This document shows positions 1-9,700 of a DNA stretch of 64,000 bases, one piece after another. The notes below the pieces were generated by a model. It searched no databases. It worked only from the letters and a program-made list of their open reading frames with translations, and was not told the DNA's origin. The DNA comes from a virus: the IMG/VR virus record IMGVR_UViG_3300027754_000047, positions 65,473 through 129,472 of that record; one strand, written 5' to 3'. A program made the position numbers and the translations under genes. Each line of letters opens with the position of its first letter. Positions within the stretch are counted from its first letter, which is position 1.

Positions 1-2029
1 CCTCGTAAGGCTTACCTTCCTTAAGGCTGATTAATACGAAATAAGGAGCCTTACCAATTGTAGAGTGATGCATATCGCAAGGCAGTACAGCTGGCCGCTT
101 ATACGTACCAGCCTTAGGTTTAGTTTCTGCCGCTACCAAGACTCCAGTACGGCAACCGTCTCGATAGATGGTTACTCCCTTGCAGCCTGCTTTCCAAGCC
201 TTAAGGTAAATCTGCTCTACCGTTGCGATAGTAGCATCTGCAGGCAGATTAATGGTACTGCTAATAGCGTGATCTACGTGGCGTTGCGCTGCTGCTTGCA
301 AATCAACCCTACTGGCCCAATCTAATTCTTGCGCTGTAGCTCCAGCCCAAGGACTCTTGCTTAGATCAGTTTCCCCTGTTACTTCCATCCATTGCTTTAC
401 CTTGGCGGGATATACGGTGAACTCCATCCAATGATCTCCGCTTTGATCTACAAAGTCAGAACGAAAATTAGTATCCCCTGGATTACCCTTCTTGCGCCGA
501 ACGTAGGGGGTTACCATAAACTGAGGCTCAATACCAGAACTAGTCTGAGTTAGAATTGATACCGACCCACAAGGGGCTGTAGTAAGCAAGGCAATATTAC
601 GGCGCCCATGCTTCTGCATAGCTTGAAGAATAAGGGGTGAATCTTCAGCAAACCTGTTTATGAATGGATTATTAGCTTCAGCGGCTTTGGAGTAAATAGG
701 GAAAGGTCCTAGAATTTCCGCCATATCTACAGAAGCTTTATAGCAAGCTAACTTGAACTCTCGGTATACAGCCTCTACCTTAGTAATGCTCTCCTTAGAG
801 CCGTACTTAATGCCTAAAGCTGCCAAGGTATCTCCAATGGCCGTCATACCTGAGCCTGTGCGCCGCCCTGCTGTAGCTGCTGCTTGCACTTTAAGCCAAA
901 GATTTAATTCTCGGGCCTTGAGCTCATCTGATTCTGGATCTGCTTTGATCTTAGTAATGATCTTACCGATGCATTCTAATTCTAGATCAACCATGTCGTC
1001 CATTAGCCGCTGACACATGTATGCGTCGTTGTAAAAGGCCACCCAGTCAAACTTGGCAGTAGGTAAAAAAGGATCCTGCACGTAGCTAAACGTATTGACT
1101 AGCATGAGTCTGCAAGAGTCATACGCAGATAAAGGAATCTCTGAGCAAGGATTAGTGCATATAGTTTTAAAGCCTTTATCTGCGTAACAGTCAGGAATGC
1201 TTTCCTTAATGATATTGTCCCACATTAGCATTCCAGGCTCTCCGGATGCGTGAGCGCTATTAACCAACATATCCCAGATTTCCTTAGCGGGTACTTCCTT
1301 GTACGGGCTCGCAGGGGTAGGCCAATATAGCTGATAGTTACCTCCCCGCACAACCGCATACATAAACTCATCTGTGAGCTTAATTGAAATGTTAGCTCCA
1401 GTGACTTTAGTAAGATCTCGCTTGCAGTTAATGAACTGCTTGATGTCAGGGTGGTGGATGGATTGAGTAAGCATTAATGCTCCTCGTCTGCCGTTTTGCC
1501 CAACTTCTCTAATAGAGTTACTAAAGCGTTCTGCAAACGGAATAGTACCAGTACTAGTACGGGCCGCATTGCTAGTAGGCATTCCTTCTGGGCGCAAAGT
1601 CTCCAGATCTATACCACAACCTCCCCTGCGCTTGCTGATTTGCACTAACTCTTCATCTGCCCGGCAAATACCTGCATAAGAGTCTTGTGGGCTTTCAATC
1701 ACGTAACAATTTGAAAGGCTTATAGTTTGATAAGGGTTACCTATGCCGTACATAGGGCTACCTTGAGGCACAATGCGCTTAAACTTATCTAACGCATTAA
1801 ATATAGTTTCCTCGGTGTATGCTACGCCTTCGCAGTACTTAGCGGCTTCTATTCGAGCAAACTCCTTAGCAATACGCCGATGCATATCCGTGGGGGTTAG
1901 TTCTAATATATTTTGCCGAGTATCTCTAAGTGCGTATTTGTCTACAAACACTCTGGCTGCAAGATCGTCTCCCTCGAAGTACTCAGTACTTGCAGTTAAT
2001 GCTGCTTCGTAGGTGTGATAGGTGGGCAA
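1..2029 (-). CDS. nrdJ: Class II (adenosylcobalamin-dependent) ribonucleotide reductase, 3' end beyond the window
   Basis: Absent from the ORF track because it runs off the left edge. Manual translation from TTG at 2029 gives LPTYHTYEAAL..., with RIVPQGSPM, SLSNCYV, catalytic TNPCSEIPL, GRRTGSG, TTAPCGSVS, SSGIEP, AISSTINLP and GCKGVTIYRDG. Confidence 0.93.
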   Translation of the reverse strand, partial: MPTYHTYEAALTASTEYFEGDDLAARVFVDKYALRDTRQNILELTPTDMHRRIAKEFARIEAAKYCEGVAYTEETIFNALDKFKRIVPQGSPMYGIGNPYQTISLSNCYVIESPQDSYAGICRADEELVQISKRRGGCGIDLETLRPEGMPTSNAARTSTGTIPFAERFSNSIREVGQNGRRGALMLTQSIHHPDIKQFINCKRDLTKVTGANISIKLTDEFMYAVVRGGNYQLYWPTPASPYKEVPAKEIWDMLVNSAHASGEPGMLMWDNIIKESIPDCYADKGFKTICTNPCSEIPLSAYDSCRLMLVNTFSYVQDPFLPTAKFDWVAFYNDAYMCQRLMDDMVDLELECIGKIITKIKADPESDELKARELNLWLKVQAAATAGRRTGSGMTAIGDTLAALGIKYGSKESITKVEAVYREFKLACYKASVDMAEILGPFPIYSKAAEANNPFINRFAEDSPLILQAMQKHGRRNIALLTTAPCGSVSILTQTSSGIEPQFMVTPYVRRKKGNPGDTNFRSDFVDQSGDHWMEFTVYPAKVKQWMEVTGETDLSKSPWAGATAQELDWASRVDLQAAAQRHVDHAISSTINLPADATIATVEQIYLKAWKAGCKGVTIYRDGCRTGVLVAAETKPKAGTYKRPAVLPCDMHHSTIGKAPYFVLISLKEGKPYE

Positions 2030-2076
2030 GTTTTTAACCTTTAAATTACTCGGGGTTGGACTCAAAACTGAACTAC

Positions 2077-3000
2077 TTATGTTCCGAAGAATAGACACTG
2101 TTTCTTTCCATGAGCCCATTCCAGGTACTCATTCACTGTATACTGTAATCGTAAATCTGTAAAGTCTGTTTTAATGCTATTGAGCAATAGAGTGGGACAA
2201 GCAGAGTACAACGCCAATACTACTTCGTCAAGTGTTTCTGCACTGTACACGGTTATTTTTGTGGCGTAGGTTTGTTCTGTTTTTATCAATTTTAATTTAT
2301 ACGCTTCTGCCTGAATTAGTTTAGAGGCTAATGCATCGGCAGGAACTATTGAGCACAATGTGGTGGTTAAGTGCGGGATATCGTTTTGTACGGTTACCCC
2401 TAAGGTTCTGCAATTACCGCCAATATACGCATGCCCTAATTCAGCTGTAAATGCTCGCACTCTTTCAGTACGAGGATCTACTGGTTTGAAGCCTTGCATA
2501 GTGTCCATAAAGGGAGTGTGGCAAACTACTATTACTGCTTTTGAGTCTGCAGGAAATCCTTCAATGCGCTTAATAAGTTTTAAGGCTTGCCGTAAATAAC
2601 AATTAGGGCAAAGCCCTTGTTTGCAAATGTACTTTCCAGCAAAGCCTATAGGAGGACAATATTTCGCCCGCATAATTTGCTTAGGGGCGCAGCTGCTCAG
2701 CATAGGCATACAGCTACCAGAAAAACACCGCCACAGTTTAGTTAAGGCTAGCCGCAAGATTGTTGTGCGAGCGGTAACCTGCTTTTTTAGTTCTACATCT
2801 GCATCAGCAAAGTTAGCTAATTCAATTAGGTTTTTAGTTATGTAATAGTTTTTTATTGGCCGTAGAAAGTGCTTTACTACTTCGTGGTTCGGCTTAGTAA
2901 TGAGTTGCTGAGTCAGCTGATTAACAACCCCTTTTAAAGGGGGGCTTAAATGATAAGGGGCAGCGGTAACTAATACCCGCCCATAAATGTTTGGGGTCAT
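2077..3000 (-). CDS. Hypothetical protein with a CxxxxCxxC zinc-binding motif; weak resemblance to HUH Rep/IS91-type proteins
   Basis: 307-aa ORF containing YICKQGLCPNCYLRQ; later PHLTT could be a degenerate HUH motif. Confidence 0.55.
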   Translation of the reverse strand: MTPNIYGRVLVTAAPYHLSPPLKGVVNQLTQQLITKPNHEVVKHFLRPIKNYYITKNLIELANFADADVELKKQVTARTTILRLALTKLWRCFSGSCMPMLSSCAPKQIMRAKYCPPIGFAGKYICKQGLCPNCYLRQALKLIKRIEGFPADSKAVIVVCHTPFMDTMQGFKPVDPRTERVRAFTAELGHAYIGGNCRTLGVTVQNDIPHLTTTLCSIVPADALASKLIQAEAYKLKLIKTEQTYATKITVYSAETLDEVVLALYSACPTLLLNSIKTDFTDLRLQYTVNEYLEWAHGKKQCLFFGT

Positions 3001-3012
3001 AGCGTTAGCTTA
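3001..3012 (-). promoter_or_regulatory. Putative leaderless -10 element (TAAGCT, 6 nt before ATG)
   Basis: Minus strand reads TAAGCT-aacgct-ATG(3000); no Shine-Dalgarno; same spacing as three other genes. Confidence 0.35.
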
Positions 3013-3037
3013 GAGTAAGAGTGTTCGTTTGTCTATT

Positions 3038-5641
3038 TTACTGCGCTAGTTGCACAGTTATTACGTCGCCTACTGCAACATTGTAGTTGAGGAGCAAAGA
3101 TCTATCGCTCAAGTAAGCTATTTGACGTACACCTGAAACTTTGGCCTTTTTAACAAGTCTATTATTTTCTATAAAGACTTGACACTTTGGATTTGTATTA
3201 AAGTTACTAGCGACTAGTACCTTTGCTGGGTCTGCTTCAGATTCGTAAGTAAGTGTTGCCGATGCACTTTGGTATATCAGGGCTTTATCAAACAGAGATA
3301 AAATTAAAGCTGAGCCTGAGCTCCAACCCACAGGCAAAACACTTATTAAAAAAGCTATTTCTACTGGAGCTTTAACTACGGAATCTACGTACTGCTTTGA
3401 AGCAGCATCGGTGGCCTTAACAGGTAACGCCAAATTCTGCAGTCGGTTGTTGTGTGCTTGCAAGCCTGATTCGTTAGCTGTTAACTTAGCCGAACCGCCT
3501 ACAAACAAACTAACTCCTTGAATCTGAGTTTGCCCTACTCCGGTGCCGGGTTCTCCTGCAAATGCGTAGGTGGGCAATCCGGTACCTGCAAGTTCAGTAG
3601 TTCCAATATAGCTGGCTAGCGAAGTGTTGAGGCGAATAAGCGGAGCATTAAAAGTAGCATCCACTCCAGTTAAAGTCTTGGTTGCGGCATTTAGTTCTAC
3701 TAGCTTTAATCCATTAGCTGCAAAGCCTACCTTAGCATTAGTACCAGCAGCAGCATACATACCCACTGTGCCAATGCCCACTAAAGGCTTAACGTAAGAG
3801 GTGTCAATTGCTGACAGTAAGCTACCTGTTAAGGTCACTGACCCGTCAGGTCTAAGTACATTACTCGTTAAGGTTGCTGTATCTACCCAAGTAGTACGGC
3901 CAGTGTAATCTACTTGCAGCACTCCGTTTGCCAGGGTATTTGTTGGTAGGGTAAACGTAATGTGCTGATTACCTACTCCGGCTTTAATAGTAGCTGACCC
4001 GCCACCAGCTGTTTTTAATTTAACAGCTGCATTATTTTGAGTGCCGCCTAATTCTAAAGTACCGTTATTGTATTTAGCGTCGCTTTGAACATATTTGGCT
4101 GTTTGGCCACTAGACACCATAGCTAGTGCACCAGGAGTAGCGCCTACAGGCATCATACTGTCTACATATTCTTTTGTAGCAGCGTCTTTAGCCTGGGTAG
4201 GAGTAGCCAAATTAGCTACTCGATTACCCTTAACGTCTACTTCTGCTTCCTTCAACTCTAATACCGCTACACCCTTAACGGCAAGAGCAACAGCATTAGT
4301 GTTAGACCTGTATATACCTAGTCCGTCTGCGTCTGAAAAGGTATAAGCAGGCTTAGCTGGGTTATTAAGTCCAACTGTTCCGTCCAACATTAATTTTGCT
4401 GTAGCTGCTGACCCAGCCGGAGATTCTAAGGCGTTATTGGTAACGCTTACCACTGAAGTTCCACCTACAACGATACGCATATCGCCTGCGGCGCTGGCAA
4501 GGCCTGCCGAACCTACGGTAATAGCCGGTAAGGCAGTTGTACCTCCACCTAGGTTTAAGGTAGAGTTAGTTTGTAAAGTAAAGGCTTTAGTTTCTTGAGT
4601 ATTAACTGCACTCGCAACAGCTTGCCCCTTAATAGTGGACTGCCCCGTTGCACCTACTAATACCAAAGAATCATCGGTAGCGTTGTACCACAATGAACCT
4701 GCGTAGTTATTTACTCCCGTGGTCAAGGTGGTAGCAGCAGGCAGCACAAACGCAAGCTTAGGCCTGATTGCCGGAGCGTAAGGTATTCCGTTAACTGAGG
4801 TGGTAGGCCAGTTAATTTCAAGGAATTTGCCTGCAAAGCCTCCGCCTCCTAAATAAAAGCTGCTTAAGCCGCTAGCAGCCAGCCCCCCTAATACCCCATC
4901 ATCTCCTGCTTCAAAGCCAAAGCCAACACTAGAACCTATAGTTAGCTGTAACGGAATTCCTGTACTGTTGTATGAAGCCAAAGCTAACGGCTTAGCAGTA
5001 GCCAAGGTATAAACACCATTAGTGACAACAACAGGCTCCGGTAGTGTTGTGAACTCTAACGTATTACTTGCGCCTAGTTTTAAGCCTTGGCCTACGCTGC
5101 CAGCAGTCGTTGGTAAGCTATAGTTACCTACTTGTAAGGCGTTTACAATTACGGCCCCGGTGTTAGAGGTAAGGCTGACGCTGTTTCCTGTTAGGCTAAA
5201 TAAGCCTACCTGGTGTTGTTCGTTTAGTTCGCCGCTACCAGATACTTGGGTGTACTTAACGTAGCTATTTATAGCTCCGCCGCCTGTAGTAGCTCGACCT
5301 ACTATTGATAAAGAGGAGTAAGCACTAGTTAACGAGGTTATGTTTATTTCTAACGGATTACGGGCGGTTAAAGACTCAGCAACATTATTGTAAGCCGTCA
5401 ATAGCGACTGTAAGTTGATTAAAGTGTGCGGATTTCGGTAGGCTAAGCTGTAGACGCCTAAGGTATTTATAATACAAAGGGTATCTCCCGCAGCCCCTAA
5501 GTTTAACGCTGGAATCGGATTAGCTACTTGGCCTAAGGTGTAGGTAAAATTAGCATCCAACGCATCCAACATAGAGTTGTAGGCGGTTAATTGTTCTTTA
5601 GGGGAGATTGTTTGGTAGGTAGTTAGCTGAACAAGGCTCAT
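3038..5641 (-). CDS. Tail fibre / adhesin-like virion protein
   Basis: 867 aa, G/A/T/S/N-rich. Two neck/stalk-type motifs (RVANLATPTQAKDAATKEYVD, RLQNLALPVKATDAASKQYVD), GSLWYN, and PAYTFSD..GLGIY / PTYAFAGEPGTG repeats typical of phage fibres. Confidence 0.7.
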   Translation of the reverse strand: MSLVQLTTYQTISPKEQLTAYNSMLDALDANFTYTLGQVANPIPALNLGAAGDTLCIINTLGVYSLAYRNPHTLINLQSLLTAYNNVAESLTARNPLEINITSLTSAYSSLSIVGRATTGGGAINSYVKYTQVSGSGELNEQHQVGLFSLTGNSVSLTSNTGAVIVNALQVGNYSLPTTAGSVGQGLKLGASNTLEFTTLPEPVVVTNGVYTLATAKPLALASYNSTGIPLQLTIGSSVGFGFEAGDDGVLGGLAASGLSSFYLGGGGFAGKFLEINWPTTSVNGIPYAPAIRPKLAFVLPAATTLTTGVNNYAGSLWYNATDDSLVLVGATGQSTIKGQAVASAVNTQETKAFTLQTNSTLNLGGGTTALPAITVGSAGLASAAGDMRIVVGGTSVVSVTNNALESPAGSAATAKLMLDGTVGLNNPAKPAYTFSDADGLGIYRSNTNAVALAVKGVAVLELKEAEVDVKGNRVANLATPTQAKDAATKEYVDSMMPVGATPGALAMVSSGQTAKYVQSDAKYNNGTLELGGTQNNAAVKLKTAGGGSATIKAGVGNQHITFTLPTNTLANGVLQVDYTGRTTWVDTATLTSNVLRPDGSVTLTGSLLSAIDTSYVKPLVGIGTVGMYAAAGTNAKVGFAANGLKLVELNAATKTLTGVDATFNAPLIRLNTSLASYIGTTELAGTGLPTYAFAGEPGTGVGQTQIQGVSLFVGGSAKLTANESGLQAHNNRLQNLALPVKATDAASKQYVDSVVKAPVEIAFLISVLPVGWSSGSALILSLFDKALIYQSASATLTYESEADPAKVLVASNFNTNPKCQVFIENNRLVKKAKVSGVRQIAYLSDRSLLLNYNVAVGDVITVQLAQ

Positions 5642-5653
5642 AGTTGTATTTTA
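5642..5653 (-). promoter_or_regulatory. Putative leaderless -10 element (TAAAAT, 6 nt before ATG)
   Basis: Minus strand reads TAAAAT-acaact-ATG(5641). Confidence 0.45.
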
Positions 5654-5701
5654 CCGTATTTCCGTAAAAGTGGGTGGTTGGCCTATTTTACTTTGAAATC
5701 G

Positions 5702-6241
5702 TTATTTACCTGTAAATTCGCTAGTCTTATTTGCATGGCGTACAAACATCTCTACTGCCGCTAGGCCGCATTTTGCAACATTCTCTTTACAACTCTGCAG
5801 GTCTAATAATTGAGTGGAGTATTTAGGATCTTGGCTATCCTGGATAGAGTAAGCCCCTGTATCGTCATATCCGCAAAAGTACAAATAAGGGCAACTAAGT
5901 GCTAAAGTTTTTGAGACATAAGCTCGAGTCTTTGCAGTCATAGGTTTACAGCAGAACACCACGGTATTACCTAGTTGAGTGGTTAGATCTTCTATTAACG
6001 AATCTAAGTCTGTAAATTGTCTAAACGTACTAGACTTGCTTAGCTCTGCTACTGCTTCTTGTACGGCTTGAACCTTTGGTAGCCCTAAATCTACATCGGA
6101 GTAGCCTTGAGTAAAGGACTCCTTAGTGACTAAGTCTTCATCCATTAAAGTGACGGTACCCTTATGGTACGCACCTAAAAGAGAAGCTAAGGTTCTGCCT
6201 GTGCCGTTTAAACCTACTACTACAAACTCCTGCTTAACCAT
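5702..6241 (-). CDS. ThiF/MoeB/E1-like adenylyltransferase-fold protein, short and degenerate
   Basis: VVVGLNGTGRTLASLL (Rossmann loop), TVTLMDEDLV, TQGYSDVDLGLPKV, VVFCC; only 179 aa. Confidence 0.75.
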   Translation of the reverse strand: MVKQEFVVVGLNGTGRTLASLLGAYHKGTVTLMDEDLVTKESFTQGYSDVDLGLPKVQAVQEAVAELSKSSTFRQFTDLDSLIEDLTTQLGNTVVFCCKPMTAKTRAYVSKTLALSCPYLYFCGYDDTGAYSIQDSQDPKYSTQLLDLQSCKENVAKCGLAAVEMFVRHANKTSEFTGK

Positions 6242-7121
6242 TACCGTGTTTCCTGGGATGAGGGGTGATATCTAATTGTTCTAACTTGTTTAAAAGTTCC
6301 GCTTGTTCTGATTTACCAAAGCCTGCCAAGTCTGCCGTCAAACTACCTATTGCCTGATTTAATCCTAGTTCAAGTATAGCTCCTTTTAAGGCTGCTATTT
6401 CTTGTTTGGAGAAAGTAACTGCTTCCATTACGTAGTCTTCAAATGCTTCGCAACTAACAGGCACTAAGGGTTTTACCAGATTGTACGCTGCTTTGGCAAA
6501 TTCTTGTATTTCAAACTGAGCATGCTTGCTTGCTCGTAGTCTAACGAAATTAAGGAAATTATGCAGGTCTATCTTCCAATAAAACTCCGTATACATACTT
6601 TGAGGCAATAACATTCGGGCTTGTTCTCTCGCTATGCCTGCTTCTACAGCTGTCATGTAGGTGTCGTAGGCCTTATCGCAGAACTGCTCGGCTTCTGTTA
6701 CAAACCAATGAGCCTGGGGGTGCGGGTCAGCTAGGGAATCGGATGCCTGGAGGTTGATGGCTGACTGCACCCGGATGTTGTTAGCTTGAGGAGTATAGCA
6801 CTGATCAGGTATAGTCGCATACCGCCCAGAATATTCGTTAATACTGGCCATGCGGTGGCGCATCCATTGCCTAGCTATAAATATAGGCATCTTTATGTGA
6901 AATTTTAATTCCACCATTTCAAAGGGTGAAGTGTGTTTATTTCGCATTAAATATCTAATAAGAGCGCGGTCCTTAACGGGGTCTTTGACCCCCTGCCCAG
7001 TGGAGATCCTAGCCGCCTGGACAACCGCCGAGTCTAAATTAATAGACTCGGCGGTTGCGGCCGGCATGGTTTCCACTAAACGGACGAACCCGTAAGGGCC
7101 TACGTTTAAAGTGTTATACAT
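6234..7121 (-). CDS. thyX: FAD-dependent thymidylate synthase
   Basis: HTSPFE, signature RQWMRHRMASINEYSGRY, AREQARMLLP, LRASKHAQFEIQ. Confidence 0.97.
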   Translation of the reverse strand: MYNTLNVGPYGFVRLVETMPAATAESINLDSAVVQAARISTGQGVKDPVKDRALIRYLMRNKHTSPFEMVELKFHIKMPIFIARQWMRHRMASINEYSGRYATIPDQCYTPQANNIRVQSAINLQASDSLADPHPQAHWFVTEAEQFCDKAYDTYMTAVEAGIAREQARMLLPQSMYTEFYWKIDLHNFLNFVRLRASKHAQFEIQEFAKAAYNLVKPLVPVSCEAFEDYVMEAVTFSKQEIAALKGAILELGLNQAIGSLTADLAGFGKSEQAELLNKLEQLDITPHPRKHGNG

Positions 7122-7153
7122 TAAGCACTTAACCTTTATTTGTAAGCGGTGCC

Positions 7154-7642
7154 TTAGCGAACGTAGTGCGCAGGATTTAACTTAATACCGAAATACTTCT
7201 CAGCTTCCATCCGATTCAATTGCTCCTGCATTGCATTAACCGTTGTTTCCACATTGTCCAACTTGGTCCACAAGTTGTCCAAGATGTGGTCTAACGGGGC
7301 CTTCTCAAAGGTAGCAGTCTTATTCTTAGGGCTAACTGCCTTTGCGGTATTAGCTGCCTTGTTTGCGATTGCCCGGCGTTGGCGCACTGTAAGGTACGGC
7401 TTCTCTTTAGTTGCCAGCTTAGTACCGACATCCTTCATCAAACCACTAGCGATGTTGTCGGTGATGCGAATGCCGGTGGCATTCGTCACCAGTCTTGCAA
7501 TTTCGTTCATAGTCATGGGAGCAACTACGCTATCGTAGATACTCCAATTATCCAGAACGTTGTTAATGCACTCCGTACGGAGGTTAAAGGTAAGGCGGAC
7601 GGGGGATTTACGGTTAACGGTTTTTGCGGTAGTCGTAGTCAT
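7154..7642 (-). CDS. Hypothetical protein, possibly DNA-binding, with C-terminal coiled coil
   Basis: 162-aa ORF preceded by AGAGGAAG RBS; basic, helical. Confidence 0.6.
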   Translation of the reverse strand: MTTTTAKTVNRKSPVRLTFNLRTECINNVLDNWSIYDSVVAPMTMNEIARLVTNATGIRITDNIASGLMKDVGTKLATKEKPYLTVRQRRAIANKAANTAKAVSPKNKTATFEKAPLDHILDNLWTKLDNVETTVNAMQEQLNRMEAEKYFGIKLNPAHYVR

Positions 7643-7759
7643 AGTAATACTTCCTCTGGAATTTCTGCTAAAAATGAATCATCGTCAATATCCATATAAG
7701 CTGATTTGGTGCGGTCATGGGTCGACCACAATTCAAAATCTATTGTATCGGCGTTATTT

Positions 7760-8251
7760 CTACAAGGAGCCGGGGCCGGATCCCCCGGAGGTAGTTGTAC
7801 TGTATTGCGGCAAGTCGTTGTAGGTTTCGGGCCAAATTCCACGTCGAATCATCTCCTGGCCATGCATGATGGCCTCTAGGTTCCAAGTACATTGCGCAAT
7901 ATGGTCTTCACTAGTATCACCTTGCATGAATTTATTCATATGTCGGTTAGCTGAGGCTAAGAATACGCTTAAAGGCATACCCTTTTCCCAGTTTCTAATA
8001 CCGTATTTATTGGCGCCTATATAGGCGACTTGACCTGTACGAGCTCGGGCAAACGGGCTTAACAGGTCTATTCGAGGCTTATCTCTATCTGTATCTCGCT
8101 GAGCACCGGAGTCAAAAATTCTACTCTCTGTGGTTTTTGAGCCTAAGCCTAAGCCAAAAACTTTACCTTTGCCTGAGCCAAGATCTAAAACCTTAGTTGG
8201 CTCAGGTTCCAATGTAGCCGCCTTTTCCGGTGTCGTAAATGAAATAGCCAA
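7760..8251 (-). CDS. dATP/dGTP diphosphohydrolase-like protein (DUF5664 family)
   Basis: FDSGAQRD..DKPRIDLL, GANKYGIRNWEKGMP, ASANRHM and EDHIAQCTWN are family-typical motifs. Confidence 0.85.
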   Translation of the reverse strand: MAISFTTPEKAATLEPEPTKVLDLGSGKGKVFGLGLGSKTTESRIFDSGAQRDTDRDKPRIDLLSPFARARTGQVAYIGANKYGIRNWEKGMPLSVFLASANRHMNKFMQGDTSEDHIAQCTWNLEAIMHGQEMIRRGIWPETYNDLPQYSTTTSGGSGPGSL

Positions 8252-8648
8252 GATTCGGAAACTCCTTTTGTAGTTTACTCATAGACGAGGCAGCAAACAC
8301 GGCTGCTTCTTTAATGTTATTAAATGCTTTAACTAAATGTCCGCTTTTACGTTTGCCTTCTTCTCCTACTATGAGGAGGAATCGAGCTTGCGTTGCTGGC
8401 GGAGTATAGCCGTATTCCATCCCTAATGGGGAAAAGTTATAGGGAATTTTAGCTTTGGCTTCTTCTAACTTTTCTTGGCGTTTAGCCCACTGGGCTAGGA
8501 AGCTGCGAGGCTTAATCTCGTAATTCTTAGGGTTAACCACTTCATTACGTACTACGTATTCCACTTCCTGCTTCGTACCGACAAAGGGTTCCCCATTAGT
8601 GCCTAAAAACCCATCACTTACGGAAGTGTATATAACAAACTTACTCAT
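8202..8648 (-). CDS. Hypothetical protein
   Basis: 148-aa ORF in a tightly packed operon. Confidence 0.55.
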   Translation of the reverse strand: MSKFVIYTSVSDGFLGTNGEPFVGTKQEVEYVVRNEVVNPKNYEIKPRSFLAQWAKRQEKLEEAKAKIPYNFSPLGMEYGYTPPATQARFLLIVGEEGKRKSGHLVKAFNNIKEAAVFAASSMSKLQKEFPNLGYFIYDTGKGGYIGT

Positions 8649-8863
8649 TTTAAAAACTCCCTTAACGGGACCACAAAGACTTGAGCTAAAGTCAAACCTG
8701 GAACCACGGTCTTTAGTAACAAAAATCCATCAGATTTAGAGGCTATGGCTGTATTTATTTCGTTAAAAATAAAATCAGGGTGTTTTAAATAGTCCACTAG
8801 GTAGTCACCCTTAGCATAAGCTAGGACCCATTGCTGAGGTTTCTGTTTTATTGGGCGCATCAA
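8645..8863 (-). CDS. Hypothetical protein
   Basis: 72-aa ORF; stop overlaps the next start (ATGA). Confidence 0.45.
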   Translation of the reverse strand: MMRPIKQKPQQWVLAYAKGDYLVDYLKHPDFIFNEINTAIASKSDGFLLLKTVVPGLTLAQVFVVPLREFLK

Positions 8864-9311
8864 ACGTAATCCCAGCTGTGTGTTGTAGCAGGTGCCTAAG
8901 CTTATCCTTTATCTCGGTTACTCGGGCTGTATCTAATACGCATCGGTTGCTTTTATTGTCTGCTGTATTGAGCAGCTTATATGTATTATACAATAAATCT
9001 AGGACTTCACTAAAAGTAACCTTAGGGTCTTGGTTGAGCGTAATATTTTTAAATGCAAGCCCGTCTACCTCTATATCAAGTATGCTTAGTCCGGTGATAG
9101 TAGGGGCGTCCAACCAACCGGCTATCTCATCGTACAAGCAATTCTCTAGTGTATGCTTAGCAGGGTTCTTACTAGAAGCAAAGCTACTTTGTGCCGCTGG
9201 GGCGTACTCTTTTAGTATGTAGTGGTGAAATACTGAAGCATCAGTAATCGTTGCAGTTATATTAAACTTAATGCCGTTCTTAAGGCTGACTCTTATTGGT
9301 GTAGTTGCCAT
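8811..9311 (-). CDS. Hypothetical protein
   Basis: 166-aa ORF; start overlaps the upstream stop (TAATG). Confidence 0.55.
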   Translation of the reverse strand: MATTPIRVSLKNGIKFNITATITDASVFHHYILKEYAPAAQSSFASSKNPAKHTLENCLYDEIAGWLDAPTITGLSILDIEVDGLAFKNITLNQDPKVTFSEVLDLLYNTYKLLNTADNKSNRCVLDTARVTEIKDKLRHLLQHTAGITFDAPNKTETSAMGPSLC

Positions 9312-9700
9312 TAGGGTTTTCTTCCTTTCTTTGAACTAAAGTAACGTTTCTTATCGTTTTTATCCCCTAGTAGCCGGAAGCCTACAACCTCTAATGGAAT
9401 TGTATCTATTTCTAGTTCTACGATAGGGGGTGGATTAAAGTCTGGGTTAGCAAGGGTAGATAATAAAGCTTTAGCCCCCGTACTAGTTAAGACCCACAAA
9501 TACCTACCGTACTGTTCGCCATAGTTCCACAAGTAGTCCCTAGATTCGTGCGCTTTCGCTATGGTAGGGTAAGGCCCTAATAAAAGCTGTTCCGCTCTCG
9601 GATCCATATCTATAGCCCAAATGCCCTCATCTAAATATTGCTTCATTTCTTCAAACAATTTATCTCGTTGCGCGTAGCTCAGTAGGGTTTTATACCTCAT
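9311..9700 (-). CDS. Hypothetical protein
   Basis: 129-aa ORF, translationally coupled on both sides. Confidence 0.6.
   Translation of the reverse strand: MRYKTLLSYAQRDKLFEEMKQYLDEGIWAIDMDPRAEQLLLGPYPTIAKAHESRDYLWNYGEQYGRYLWVLTSTGAKALLSTLANPDFNPPPIVELEIDTIPLEVVGFRLLGDKNDKKRYFSSKKGRKP

Noticed and set aside
65-2012. Short plus-strand ORFs (65..325, 753..1013, 1773..2012)
   Set aside because: They are antisense shadows of the minus-strand nrdJ frame. The same applies to most short opposite-strand ORFs nested in long genes across the window.
7639-7842. 67-aa ORF between the DUF5664 gene and 7154..7642
   Set aside because: It overlaps the DUF5664 gene by ~80 nt and has no motif. A shorter acidic peptide is possible but unsupported.
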